A stretch of 64,000 bases of DNA from Octopus sinensis (Eukaryota). The stretch lies in NCBI RefSeq assembly GCF_006345805.1, contig NC_043002.1, positions 46,066,001 through 46,130,000 on the forward strand. Direction: 5' to 3'. The translations under genes were made by a program, and so were the position numbers. The notes below the pieces were generated by a model. That model was not told where the DNA came from, searched no databases, and saw only the letters and a program-made list of their open reading frames with translations. Below, in pieces: positions 1 through 13,585 of this stretch. Within the stretch, counting starts at the first letter, position 1. Every line of letters begins with the position of its first letter.

Positions 1-85
1 TTCGTCTTTTTCTTTCTTTCTTCACTTGTGTCTGTGTTTTCTTCAGTTTTGTATTCTAATGTGGTTTTCTATTATATATATATAT

Positions 86-416
86 CTGAGACCCCCTTCG
101 GTCATGACACAGACCATGGGATTGCACCTAGAAAGTTACCCTCCTAGGCACAAGTCCAGGCAAGGTTGTTTATGGAAGACCAGCAGTCGCCCATGCATAC
201 CGGCCTACCATCTTCACACCACTGATGTTATCCAAGGGAAAGACAAAGGCCAATACAGCTTGGCACCTGTGATGTCGCAACTCATTTCCACAGCTGAGTG
301 AACAGGATCAAAGTGAAATAAAGTGTCTTGCTCAAGAACACAACACACAGCCTGGTCCAGGATTCGAGTTCACAACCTCACGATCGTAAGCTCGACGCTC
401 TAACCACTGAGCCATG
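86..416 (-). mobile_element. tRNA-derived SINE (family A)
   Basis: Minus strand begins TGGCTCAGTGGTTAGAGCG (A-box) and has a B-box-like CTCGAATCC. Homologous copy at 36740-37068. Confidence 0.8.
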
Positions 417-639
417 TATAATACATATGTATTATATTCCAATGAATATAAAAATCAAACTGCTCCCCACTGCCAAAAGAATTATGTAGACCTGGGTGGA
501 AATGACATGCAACAAAAAAAAAATTCCAGTTTTGTGCTATTTTTAGATATTTAGAAAAAGATTTGTCAAGAAGACTACTTAGACCAGATATAGGTTCATA
601 AACAACGATATTTAAGAATTACTTTAAGAGTGTTTTACC

Positions 640-918
640 TCATTAAATTTTCCTTTATCTATCCAGTCTTTCTCAACAATTTTTTCCCTATAGACCCCTT
701 TTATTCCCATTGTACTATGATGGAACCTCCTAGCTATTTGATGTTTAAAAAATCCTGTTATATTTTTATAATTAAATATTAATCAGAATTGCATAAAAAT
801 AATTAATAAAATTTTTTTGTGTATTGTAGATGTATAACCAACTTATTGCAGATAAATTTTAACAACAAAATCTTATATGAACCCCCAACAGTCATGTGGA
901 CCCCAGTTGAGAACCGCT
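640..918 (-). mobile_element. hAT-like non-autonomous element end
   Basis: Ends in GGACCCCAGTTGAGAACCGCT, the reverse complement of a CAG(T/C)GGTTCTCAAC-type hAT TIR. The other end was not found. Confidence 0.35.
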
Positions 919-2581
919 TATCTAACAGATTCTTTAGTCAAGCAGCTTGCTGAAGAGTTCAATGGCCATATAGATATATTTTTTTCTGCTTGTGTTTGTA
1001 TTTGCTATATACATTTAGTCTAAAAAACGTTTTTGTTTCTGACCTTCACATTTATTATAAAAAGCAGGGGTTGGCCATTAATACATGTGCTAATAACTTT
1101 ATAATCATCATTTAATGACAACTTTTCCATGCTTGCATGGATTGGACAGAATTTGTTGAAGCAAATCTCTTCAGCTTGATGACCTTCATGAAGCAAAACC
1201 CTCGTTTATTTCCAAGCAAGTTAGTATTTTCCCATAGCTAGACATGCCTTTTCACTGAAAACTGGAAACAAGCACCCTCACATGTGTGATGGTGATACTC
1301 ATTTACAACCATTACATGATGTCTAGACAAGGATACACACAAATTCCCACACATATACACACACAAACATTCACACACACACACACGCACGCACGTGTGC
1401 ACACACACACACACATACACATACACACACACACACACGTATACATGTATGTATGTATAAATGACAAGATTCTTCCATTTTCCAGCTACCAAATTCACTC
1501 ACAAGGCTTTGGTCAGCCCATGGCTGCCCAATATACCATGTAGTAGAACTCAACCCTTACCGTAGACATAAAATATGAAAACCATGAAATTTGTAAATAT
1601 TTTGAACTTCTCAATAATTTGATCTGGTTCCTCTAAACAAAGATTACATTTTCCTGCCAAAAATCATTAAAATTCTTAAGAAATGCCTTACTGTTATCCC
1701 CCCCCCCCAAAAAAAAACCCCCATTATTCTAACCAACATTTTATGAATAGCAACATTGTAACAAGTTTTAACAATAGCAACGAGACCTCTCTGTCATTTC
1801 AGTGAAGCTTACCAAAAACTGTAACTGAATGTGACTAGTGATACTAATGATAATTGAAATATTTTACTTTGGTTTATTGGTGTAAAATATGTGTATAAAA
1901 AAAAGCTGAAACCCTTTGATATATCATCATCTGTCTACTGTTATACACTTATACTTTTATAAAAAGGCACTCAAGAGATGAAATGCTTTTCATTTTCACT
2001 GGCTTGTGAGCATATAGGTATCAATACATGTGTGTGTGTGTGTGTGTGTGAATATGAGAGAGAGAGAATGTGAGAATATTTCAATGTAGAAAGATTGAAC
2101 AGCATTAAAGTATGAGAGAAAGAAAGAAAGAATGAAAGAAGAAAGAGAGCCATCTCCTTGAAAAGTCATCAGATATGTCAACAAATGATATCATCAGAAT
2201 ATGAAGGTAGGAGGGTGGGGTGGTGGGATGGTGGGATGGTGTAGGCTTGATACATTGTTTTCCATTGTTTATTTAGGTCTCCACCACTAGGCTGTTAGGT
2301 AAAGCATTTACCAGAAGCATCTGTAGAGCAAACATGCAAGTAAGTGTAAGTGCCAATCAAATACTGATTGAGTCGGGGCATTACACTGAAAAACCATTAG
2401 TGGTGTTAAAAAGATATATAAAATATAAGCATATATATAAAAAAAAATCAAAGAACATTGTCATATATACAACAACAGACTTATTTATGGGTGGTTTTGT
2501 GATTGTCCAGAGAAAAAATGTTATTCTTCATATCAAATATTTGTTCTTAGGAACTCTATGCATTTGTATGTGCGTGCGTGT

Positions 2582-2666
<85 letters not shown>

Positions 2667-3850
2667 CGCGTGTGTGTGTGTGAGTATATGTGTTGCTACA
2701 CATATGAGAAAAAGTCTATAAACAAGTATCAATAAAAGGAACTGTAAACAATGAATCTACTGGGTGGAAATGAACCTTATATCCCTTAGTTAACATCTCA
2801 GTTCAATTGACATTTGCTACATGCTGGGACATACACTCAGAATTTTAACTATCAACTGAATAAACTTATTCCTAATATGATCATATACAATTATAAAACT
2901 TGTTTACCTCATCTTTAGAAATAGAAAATGTTTTAAAATTATGAACTGCCATGATCTGTCTATTACAAGGTCCAGTCCTTGTTGTGATGTGGTGACTTGT
3001 GTGCTTCAGTGACCCTGAGAGATATACCAGCAAAGTGCAAGATCATGGCAGGATCTCCTATGTTGGGCAGATCAAAGTATAGGGCCAGACTAATATGGAC
3101 CACTTCTCAAATGTAAAAATGGGTTTGTTTAAGGCCAAAATCCTGATAGAGAAAAAAGTAAAGTTACAGATGCATTAATGACAAATCAAAAACCAACAAG
3201 ACCAAGAAGAAGCAGAAAAGACAGCTGAGAGCCAAAAATAGTGAAAATAAGTCGGTTTTAACCTATGATCCATAGGAAACAAAAGGCTTATGTAAGTAAA
3301 GTAAAGGTCATGATAATCTCAGTGGGATTTGAACTCAAAACATAAAAGACTATTCTGAGTTCAAATCCTGTTGAGGTCAACTTAGCATTTCATCATTTCT
3401 GGGTTGATAAAATGAAGTACCAGTCAAGTAGTAGAGTCAATAAAATTGACTGTTCCTTCCTTCCAATTTCTGACATTGTGTCTATGTAATAAGTCAATTT
3501 TACATCTTGCAATGTGTTAATGTAAAAATGATTGCAATAAAAATAACTCATCTCAAACATTCAAGATTCATCATAGCTGCAGGTTTGTGATTGGGTTGAT
3601 TAAAAGTTGCAACTTTGTGATTGGGATTTGATCTCTGAACCTGGCACCTTAGGCAAGTGTTTTTGGTTTTATTACTCGTTTTAATGTCCATTTTTTTTCC
3701 TTGCTTGCATGGATTGGATAAATAAGTTATTGAGACATTGTTTTGCAGCTGAATGCACTTCCTGTCAACTAAACCTTAACAATATTTGAAGTTCGGTGGT
3801 CTCTTAGTCCACACATCATCAAGACTGCAAACCTTGCATCTGTTGAAATT

Positions 3851-3884
<34 letters not shown>

Positions 3885-5295
3885 AAAGAGCCATGTTGAT
3901 ACTATGTAAGGTTTGAAAAATCCCTTTTACTGGCTCAACTGATTTAGTCAAAATCTTTGTTTCAGTTTAAATACCAGAAAAATGTGTATCTTCTAAACAT
4001 CCGATGATAGTAGAGCTAAAACTATGCCTCAGTATTACTGTCATAATCAAGATGTGAGCTGACAGAATCATTAGCACACTAAACAAAATGCTTAACAGTA
4101 TTACATCTGTCTTTATGTTCTTAATTCAAATTCTACCAAGGTTGACTTTACCTTTCATCTTTTTGGTGATTGATAAAATAAGTACCAGTTGAGCACTGGG
4201 GTTGGTATAATCAAACTTATTGCCTAACCTGAAATTGCTGGCCTTGTGCCAAAAATTTGAAACCAATATTGCTGTCTTAATTATCTTTACAAGCCACATG
4301 ACAAGACTAATCAAAAATGTGATAAACAAGGTAATCACTGACAAAGTTAAGAGAAATATTTTTGATGCTATCCAGCATGGATTTAAACAAGAATATTCAG
4401 GTAGCAGCCCATCAAATATCAATACAGCATGATTTAGATAGGTCAAGTAGGGTTTAAAATTTTTGGCACAAGCCCAGCAGTTTTGGGGAGGAGCCAAGTC
4501 AATTAAATCGACCCCAATGCTCAACTGGTCCTTATTGACCCCCCAAAAGATGAGAGGCAAAGCCAACCTAAAATGTAGAGATGATCTTGCTTGATGTATC
4601 AACAATTCTGCCAGCCTACTGCCTTAGGTTAGTCTAATACTATACTAGTTTCTTAAATTTTGTTCTTTAATCAAAGAGACCACCTCAGACATATGAAATT
4701 AGTATGGTTGATATCTAGCCTAAATATCTGCAGCTCAATATCTGAGGCTAAATGTAGGTGAGGGAAGCCTGATTATCTAGTTTCAATGCTTGCAATAGAG
4801 TGAATGACACTGCAGGCACTTAAAAATCAGCTAGCAGTGTTAAACCAGTTGATCTGTTTAGCTTACCACCCATGACTCTCATCTGATCAGTTTACTTAGC
4901 TGTAACTAAATTCTGCAGTAAAGTACATGCTATTGCTGAAGGGATAAATTTTAATATATATCAAGATTATTCTTTTATATTTCATCTTTTACTTGTTTCA
5001 ATCATTGAACTGTAGCCATGCTGGAGCACCGCCTGGAAGAGATTAGTTGAACAAATCAACCCCAGTACTTATTTTTAAGTCTGGAACTCATTCTGTCTCT
5101 CTTTTGCCAGATTTATAAGTTATGAAGGACATATTGTCAAACAGTGGTAGCGTACAAATACAAATGCTAAGTCACATACAAATTTATAAATATGTGTGTG
5201 TATTATGTATCTTGTATATGTGTATATGTGTGTGTATATTTATGCATTTATATATGTGTATATATGTATATATATGTATTTATATATATGTGTGT

Positions 5296-5336
<41 letters not shown>

Positions 5337-6480
5337 TGTTTAATGTCTGCTTTCCATGCTGGTATGGGTTGAACGGTTTGACTGAGGACTGACTGCACCA
5401 GGCTCCAATCTGATCTGACAAAGTTTGTACAGCTGGATGCTCTTCCTAATGCCAACCACTCTGAGAGTGTAGTGGGTGCTTTTTATGTGCCACTGGCATG
5501 GGGGCCAGTCAGGTGGCTAGTGCATCGACCAAATTTGAATGGTGCTTTTTACGTGCTGCCAGCACAGTAGCCAGTCAAAAAGCACTGACATCAACCACAC
5601 TTGAATGGTGCATTTTATGTGCCACTGGCATGGGAGCCAATCAAACAGCACTGGTATCGACCATGCGCGAATGGTGCTTTTTATGTGCCACCAGCACTGA
5701 CATTGGCCATGCTCAAATGGTGCTTTTTACATGTCACCAGCACAGGTGCCAGTCATGCAGCACTAGCATTGGCTATGACCACAATTTCACTTGGCTCAAC
5801 AAGTCTTCTCAAGCACAGCATACTGCCTGATGATTGAAGGGTGCTTTTAAATGGGCCAGTTATGTGACACTGGCATTAGCCACGGTTACAATCCAACTTG
5901 GCTTGCAGGGTCTTCTCAAGCACAAAATATTTCCAAAGGTCTTGGTCACCTGTCATTGCCTCTGTGAGGCTCAATATTCGAAGGTTGGGCTTACCACCTC
6001 ATCCCATGTCTTTTCACACAGCTGTCCTCATCTATACGCAACACATGACCATACCAGCACAGTTGTCTCTCTTACACACCACATCTGATGCTTCTTATAT
6101 CCAACTTTTCTCTCAGGGTGCTTACACTCTGTCGTGTATGCACAGTGAGAGGCCCTTTGTCACCAGCAGAGGTAGGAGCTCTCTGAACTTTGCCCAGGCT
6201 ATTCTTATTCTAGCAGCTACACTCTCAGAGCATCCAGCACTGCTACTGACTTTGTCACCTAGGTAACGGAAGCTATCAACTACTTCTGATTTTTTCTCCC
6301 TGACATGTGATGGAATCTGTTTTCTGTACATCTTCGGTCTTTATTGCCCCTGTGCATCTGCCACACACAAAGACTATCTTCCCAGTTAACCTTCCTTTGA
6401 TATTGCTGCACCTCTTATGTGTTCATAGCTTACACTGGGTACATCCAGCTGAAAAAACTATACTAAAGCAGGTTTCACCT
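5296..6480 (-). mobile_element. Older RTE LINE 3' fragment (ORF remnant + 3' UTR + tail)
   Basis: The 6122-6331 ORF reads EVVDSFRYLGDKVSSSAGCSESVAARIRIAWAKFRELLPLLVTKGLSL, homologous to the 16009-17193 protein. It is followed by the tandem-repeat UTR and a (GAT)n tail at 5296-5335. Confidence 0.85.
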
Positions 6481-6677
6481 AGTGCTGGTGCCATGTAAAA
6501 ACAAAAACACCCTGGTTACTCTGTAAAGTGGTTGGCATTAGGAAGAGCATCCAGCCATAAAAACCATGTAAAAACAAAAGACATTGAAGACTGGTGAGTC
6601 TTCTGGCTTGCCAGTTCCTGACAAATCGTCCAACCCATGTCAGCATGGAAAACAGACGTTAAACGATGATGATAATA

Positions 6678-6719
<42 letters not shown>

Positions 6720-7239
6720 GTGTGAATATAGATAACTAAATCTTTATATAAATTATTTTTTTCCCAACCTCTTTTCTATCATTTCCCCAATTTCTTGCTC
6801 TAAGCATACAGTCTTGCAAACCCAACCCAACATACATTCCTAGATTATGACCCCACTCATCACTTCTCACCTCATATCTTGAAATGCAACCTGGACACCT
6901 CATAACCACTATTTATCTCTTTGTAGTTACTACAGAATCATTCTCAGGCTCTCCTCTAAATGTGAGTAGCCATGTTGCTCCTCTGCAAACAAGAATTTGC
7001 TATACCCAACCCTCTTCTCATACCAAGCATAAGAATTCTCCAACTCCTTTGGTTTCATGGGTGATTTCACTAATGCCAGTGGCATAAGAAAACCATCTAA
7101 TATGCACTGTAAAGTGGTTGACATTAGGAAGGGCATCCAGTCAGGGGAAGCATGCCAAAAAAGACACTGAAGAACGATGTAGTCCTTGAACTCACTGAAA
7201 GCTGTCAAAACATTCAACACATGTCAACATGAAGCATGG

Positions 7240-7650
7240 AGATCAGATGATAATGATGATGATGATGATGATGGTGATGATGATAATTGAGGTGGTGGTG
7301 GTGGCAGCAGTGGTGGTGGTGGCAACAGTGGTGGCGGTGGCAGCAGTAGTGGTGGTGGCAGTGATAGTGGCGGCAATGGGGATGGCGGCAACAGTGGTAG
7401 TGGTGGCAGCATTGGTGGTGGTGGCAGCAGTGGCGGTGGTGGCAGCAGTGGCGGTGGTGGCAGCAGTGGCGGTGGTGGCAGCAGTGGCGGTGGTGGCAGC
7501 AGTGGCGGTGGTGGCAGCAGTGGCGGTGGTGGCAGCAGTGGCGGTGGCAGCGGTGGTGGTGGCAGCAGTGGTGGTGGCAGCAGTGGTAGCGGTGGCAGCA
7601 GTGGTGGTGGTGGCAGCAGTGGTGGTGGTGATGATGATGACAATGACAAT
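7240..7650. repeat. GC-rich triplet microsatellite / 18-bp minisatellite (GGCAGCAGTGGCGGTGGT)n
   Basis: Directly visible. It explains the poly-Pro, His/Cys and Val/Ala ORFs in three frames. Confidence 0.9.
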
Positions 7651-8857
7651 GATTAGTGCTTACTTCTGTATCATACAAGTGAGATTAACGGAAGAATTCT
7701 GAAAGCTAGCTGAAAAAACTTGATGGCTAGAAATTTTAATCCAGAGACCTGTACATAAACATTCAGCGATTTAACAAACTACTGATTTCCCAGTTAATAT
7801 TGACTATCTACAGACACTATCTTTGGCATTCAACACTCCTTCAGTGTAACCACTGACACAACCGGATTAGTTGACTGATTGTTTGTTTTATGGCACCACA
7901 TGCAAATGTTGATATTGTGATTTATTAAAAATAAAATCAACCATTCTTTAAATATTTATCATCTTGTCAGTGACATTTCCTAATTTTCTTGGTTTATTTA
8001 ACCTTTTACAGGGTCATAATTGCAAATAAGCATGTGTTTTGTTTGCTGATAAACGAGAGAAGATATCCTTTAAGAAACACTTTCATTTTTTAATACAGCT
8101 CTCTCTTTCTCTCTTTCTCTCTTTCTCTCACACTCTCTCTCACTCTGTCTCTTTCTCACACACATACATATGCATGCACACACATATTCGCACACGGACA
8201 CACATACACTCACACACACATGCATGCACACACTCACATACATATGTGCACAAATATTTACATTCAATATAGTTTGTTTTAAAGAGAATATTTATTTGAA
8301 CTGAAATGCTTTTCCATGTGGCTTAAATAGTTTAATCCCCAACTCTTCAAAAAATTTTTCTGTAGTGTGATAATGGGAAATAATTGAAAGGACCAATAAA
8401 GGGTTAGGACTATGAAATGAAAGCTCAGTTGGATCAGATAATGTATTATAAAAAATGTTCGTCCCTTTACCAATCCACTCCACTTCCCTTTTAAACATAT
8501 CAGTCAAGTAGCACATACATGGTGGTTATATCACTTAACCTGTGGCAGGTATATCTCCCTCAGATCACACCCAGCAATCTTAGGAAGGGAAGAACACATT
8601 TGATAAGATAATCTGGGATGCACTAGGCTTGAATAAAAAAAAAAAAGATGAGATGGTCCCTGGTAGAATGTCTTTGATTATATGGCTGTTTGATCATAGC
8701 TAATCTGGAGCTACACACCAACAATCATGTCTTTCAGTAACGATATGTTTTAAAAACTTTAGTTTCTTGTGATCATTTGGTTGTAAAGTTGACACCCGTT
8801 TACCACTTTAAGCTTACCTTATATATATATATATATATATATCAGTCAAGTAGTATA

Positions 8858-9010
8858 GATATACGAGAGAGTGCTGGAAAGTTCCTGGTTTTAGGTAAAA
8901 GAAAATACAGGAGGATCAGTTAATTATGATTTTATTCAACATATTCCCCTCTCAGATTCACACACTTATTGCAGTGGTCCTTCAGTTTTCCTAAGCCTTA
9001 TAAAAGAACC
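8858..9010 (+). mobile_element. mariner-like terminal fragment
   Basis: TACGAGAGAGTGCTGGAAAGTTCCTGG resembles a mariner TIR after a TA. No transposase was seen here. Confidence 0.4.
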
Positions 9011-9805
9011 CAGAAGGAAGGGCTACCAATCAGGCCTTTTGCAATATCCACAAAGCCAGGAACTTTTCAGTACCCCTTTGAAGTGGTTATATTACTTAAC
9101 CTGTGGCAAGCATGTCTCCCTCAAATCACACCCTGCAGTCTTAGGGAAAACATGAGACGGTAACTATAACAATGTCTTTGATTGTAGGGTTTCTTGATTA
9201 TAGCTAACCTGGTACTACACACCAACTACCATGTCTTTTATTAACAATATGTTTTAAAAACTTGAGTTTCTTGTGATCATTTGGTTGCAATAAGTGACAC
9301 CTATTGCTTGTGATGTCTTTTTCATATCTGGGCAGGAAAAAAACTGTAACAAAACTCAGCTTTTAATTCATACAGCATAATTACTGTTAAAAGAAATCTT
9401 AGAGCAGGATTAATAGATGTTATTGCAGGAATGTGGCACAAGTGGACCTAATGGTACACTCTTTGGTGGTGCATCTTTGCTTGAAATATTGGTTTCAAAT
9501 TTTGGCACAAGGGCAGCAATTTTAGGAGATGGGGGTAAGTTGATTACATTGACCTCAGTGTTCAATTGGTAGTTATTTTATCAAACCCAAAAAGATGAAA
9601 GACAAAATCGATCCTGGCAGAATGTGAACTCAGAACATAAAAACAGATGAAATGCTGCAAAGCATTTCGCCTGGTGTGCTAAGACTCTGCTTAAAATATT
9701 AAAGAAAAATATTCAGATCAGTGTGTTTACAATGCATTTTTGTTAACAAAAGACCAATAAATTATTTTATAATTTTTCCCTATTATATTTCTTAGATTTG
9801 CTTCC

Positions 9806-10285
9806 CCCTTTAGCATTCAGATTACTCTGTTATTCTCAAGCTTCCATCCATAAATATAATGCAGATTTCAATGCATCATAACTCCAGTAAATGATTGAGA
9901 CTTTTTGTTAAATAGGATTTGATTTTGATGTAAATCTGTCTGTATTTGATAAACAAAATTCTCCTCAGAAAATAAGCTGCCTATCAAGAATGACAAATCA
10001 TGATGTATGAGATTGTGTGTGTGTGTGTGTCCTTTCATTTCCTGTAATTAACTAAACTAAAATTAAGTAATTTATAAACTCTTTCATCTTTTACTTTTAC
10101 TTATTTCTGTCATTGAACTGCAACTATTGTTTTGAATTAATGAGGCATTATCTTGTAGCATCGAGATTTTGATGATGTGATTGTTTATTTTTAGTATGAC
10201 ATTGTAGAGTAGGCATGAGAGGTCAGATTTAGCTGGTGTGACAATAAAACAGATAAAATATTTGGGCCAGTTAGATGCTAAAGGG
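9806..10285. mobile_element. piggyBac-like MITE with nested insertions
   Basis: Ends are CCCTTTAGCAT and ATGCTAAAGGG. Terminal sequences are shared with the 46002-46228 copy. Confidence 0.5.
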
Positions 10286-10486
10286 TTACCTCTTTTAATA
10301 CCAATCTACTTAAGATTGAATGTAGGACGAATCCACCCACTAAACAAAACCCTCTCGAGCAAAAGTCATTTGGATAAGAATCTTCATGTTTAAAATGAAA
10401 AGAAGGAAACCCATTGAAAAAAAAAACAACATTAATTAAAGTTTCCAAAAAAAAATCCTAAAAAACATTTAATGACTAATTTAGAT

Positions 10487-10645
10487 GCAGGCATGGCTGT
10501 GTGGTTAAGAAGCTTACTTTGCCACCATGAAGTTTTGAGTTCAGTCTCACAATGCAGCATCCTGAGCAAGTGCCTTCTATTATAGCCTGGAGCTGACTAA
10601 TGCCTTTGAGTGAATTTGGGAGAAAGAAACTGTGTGGAAGCCCAT

Positions 10646-10684
<39 letters not shown>

Positions 10685-10903
10685 ATTTGTTCTCTCCCCC
10701 ACCACCCTGCTTAAAATATTGGCTTCAAATTTTGGTTTGTTTATATCCCTGTAACTTAGCAGTTTGACAAAAGAAACTGATAGAGTAAGTACCAGACTTA
10801 AAAATAAGTACTGGGGTCAATTTGCTTCACTAAAACTCTCCAAGATGGTGCCCCAGAATGGCTGCAGTTCAATGGCAGAAACAAGTAAAAGTAAAAGATG
10901 AAA
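10487..10903 (+). mobile_element. tRNA-derived SINE (family B) with internal microsatellite
   Basis: GCAGGCATGGCTGTGTGGTTAAG head, central (TA/TG)n, and ACAAGTAAAAG tail. Same architecture as 61373-61780. Confidence 0.8.
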
Positions 10904-10998
10904 AAGTTTATAAATTACTTAATTTTAGTTTTGTTTAATTACAGGAAATGAAAGGGCACGTACACACACACACCCAAACACACACACACACACACACC

Positions 10999-11030
<32 letters not shown>

Positions 11031-13486
11031 TCACACACACACAAACACACACACACACACACTCACACACACACATACACACACACACACGCACACACAA
11101 TTTCATACATCATGATTTCTCATGCTTGATAGGCGGCTTATTATCTGAGGAGAATTTTATTTATCAAATACAGACAGATTTACATCAAAATCAAATCCTA
11201 TTTAACAAAAAGTCTGGAGTTATGATGCAATAAAGTCTGTATTATATTTATGGATGGACGCCTGAGAATAAATGTTTCAAAATACATTAAATAAAATAAT
11301 TAAACTCAGACTGTGAAACCTGTCATAGAAAATTTCATGAAAATCCGCACACAGACAATACTTATTTATCAATTTTATTTCTAATGATTTAGAGAAAGGA
11401 ATGCTAGTACTGCTGCTACTGTGGATGACGACGATGACAATGACAACAACAACAACAATGACAACGACGACGACTACGACGATGACGATGACGACGACGA
11501 CGATGATGATGGTGATGATGATGATGTTGACGATGATGATGTTGACGATGAGACGAAGAGAAGGAAAGAAAGGAAAATGGAATATTCTTTCAAACTATTG
11601 AACAAAACTCTAGAAATGTTAATTTGTGATTATCTTGGAATTTGAATTTGAATTTCAGATTTCTCTTGAAAAATTATACTGATACAAGTGATAAGGTTTC
11701 ATAAACCAAAATTAAAGAAGGAAGAAAACAAAGATACACTGCACTGATTAAATGGTGAAATATGATTATCAGTTAGAATACTTTACTTATTTCTCTCAAA
11801 TATACACTGTAAGTATAATATTATATGTTGAGGAGTATGCAAACATTATAAGATGGCCAAAGTTATATATGATAAAAAGGAACCAGCTGCAAATATTTCA
11901 ATTAGTTTTACATTATCATGTTGTAATCCTTTTGTCTTCTTTGGGAACAATCTAATTAGATGGGTAACAAATAAAGTTTGAAATTAAGTAGTAACAATTA
12001 AAATGAAATGCTTATGTTGTATTTTTTTAATACAAAGTATTTCATCTAAAAAGCCTTAACATCTTAATATCCATTTATGTGTGTATAAGTTTCTGCTCAT
12101 GTTTGTTTAGACTATAATGTACATTAAACTTTCTATTGTACCAATTCGCAAAAGTTACTAAAAGCAGTGTAATGAAATAAGATTATTAATGAGATTAAGG
12201 CTTACATGCAATAGATAAGTGGAAGGAATTTATTAAATTTTGCTGCAAAGAGAGGAGAAAATCTTTTCTAGTGACTTCTTGCTTCCTTCTTCAAGCCAAT
12301 CAACTAGTAGTAACTTCCTGTGTTTTGAAAACCACCTTCCCATCTTACATTTATATGTACACTTCACCTGGATAAGCAGTGTTGTGATGAGCAGGAATCT
12401 TGACAAGTGTAACTACCTGTACAGAATACAAGGTGGTAATGAAAGCCAATCAATACTGGAGCAATTTAGTTATCAAAATTAAGCAGGATATATGCATTGA
12501 AAATTAGGTTATTATTCTGGACTCTTTTTTGGCTGGATTTTCTCAATATTTTATTGAAATTTATTTAACAGTGGGAAAATTGATATGGTTATTTCCCTAC
12601 CTCATCTTTCTCTGAGACAGATGTTTTATTATGGGGAAGTTGAAATCTGTAATTTCAGTAGTGGTAAGGAACACTTAGGACATGATATATATATATATGT
12701 GGATATTTACCAAGAAAATGAAGTAACTTTTCAATTGTGGATATATAAATAAAATGATTTGAGGTAAGTAAAAAGCATATTTTAATATATACATGACAAT
12801 AATTTTTAATATATACATGACAATAAAATGATTTGAGGTAAGTAAAAAGCATATTTTAATATATACATGACAATAATTTTAATATATACATGACATTTAT
12901 AAAGGTTGTTGATGAACATTTCCATGTTATTGTTACTATTTTTGAAAGAAAGAAGTAAAAGTGTCTGTTAATGCCCAAAATAATATGGCATTTATTTCAG
13001 ATTCTACCAAATGAAATCTATTTGGATCTCAAATTGTTTAGCAAAAGATACATTCAACTCTAAGAAACAAATAATACATATATATTTCACTAAGTTAAAG
13101 GACAGCAGGTATAAATTGTGCTTATTTCCTTTACGTTTTAACAGGCTTTATTATTAATAAAATTAATATAAAGTAAAAACAATTTTCTATATGGTATTAT
13201 TCTACTAAATATTTGTAAAATGCTGCAATTCCATTCTAGTTTTACTGTATCATTCAATAATAGCATAGTTTTAAAACAACTCATTTCCATATATTAATTT
13301 TCTCTTGATATTCTAATTGATCCTATCTTCAATATATATTACAATAATTTCATTTTTATGAGATCAATTTTGGTGAGTTAGAATAATTTATTCAAACTTT
13401 TGAGTTCTTTCTCAAAGTTTGAATGAGACACATTCCTGGTGAAACTTTGATATCATCGTCAATAATGAATAGATATATTCACACAA

Positions 13487-13517
<31 letters not shown>

Positions 13518-13521
13518 ATAT

Positions 13522-13585
<64 letters not shown>

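Noticed and set aside
1561-1655. Apparent 72-nt minus-strand exon with a GTAAGG donor
   Set aside because: The upstream frame reads KCNLCLEE, typical of the PLE endonuclease tail, so it is more likely a retroelement relic.
7214-7702. His/Cys-rich, poly-Pro and Val/Ala ORFs of 140-157 aa
   Set aside because: They are open in several frames because the underlying triplet/18-bp repeat has no stop codons.
8520-9310. Two diverged ~290-bp direct copies (8520-8810, 9080-9310)
   Set aside because: Looks like an old local duplication of a repeat fragment, with no coding or structural signal.
12745-12895. ~75-bp tandem duplication with two GAG|GTAAGT donors
   Set aside because: No matching acceptor or open frame upstream, so it is treated as a slippage duplication.
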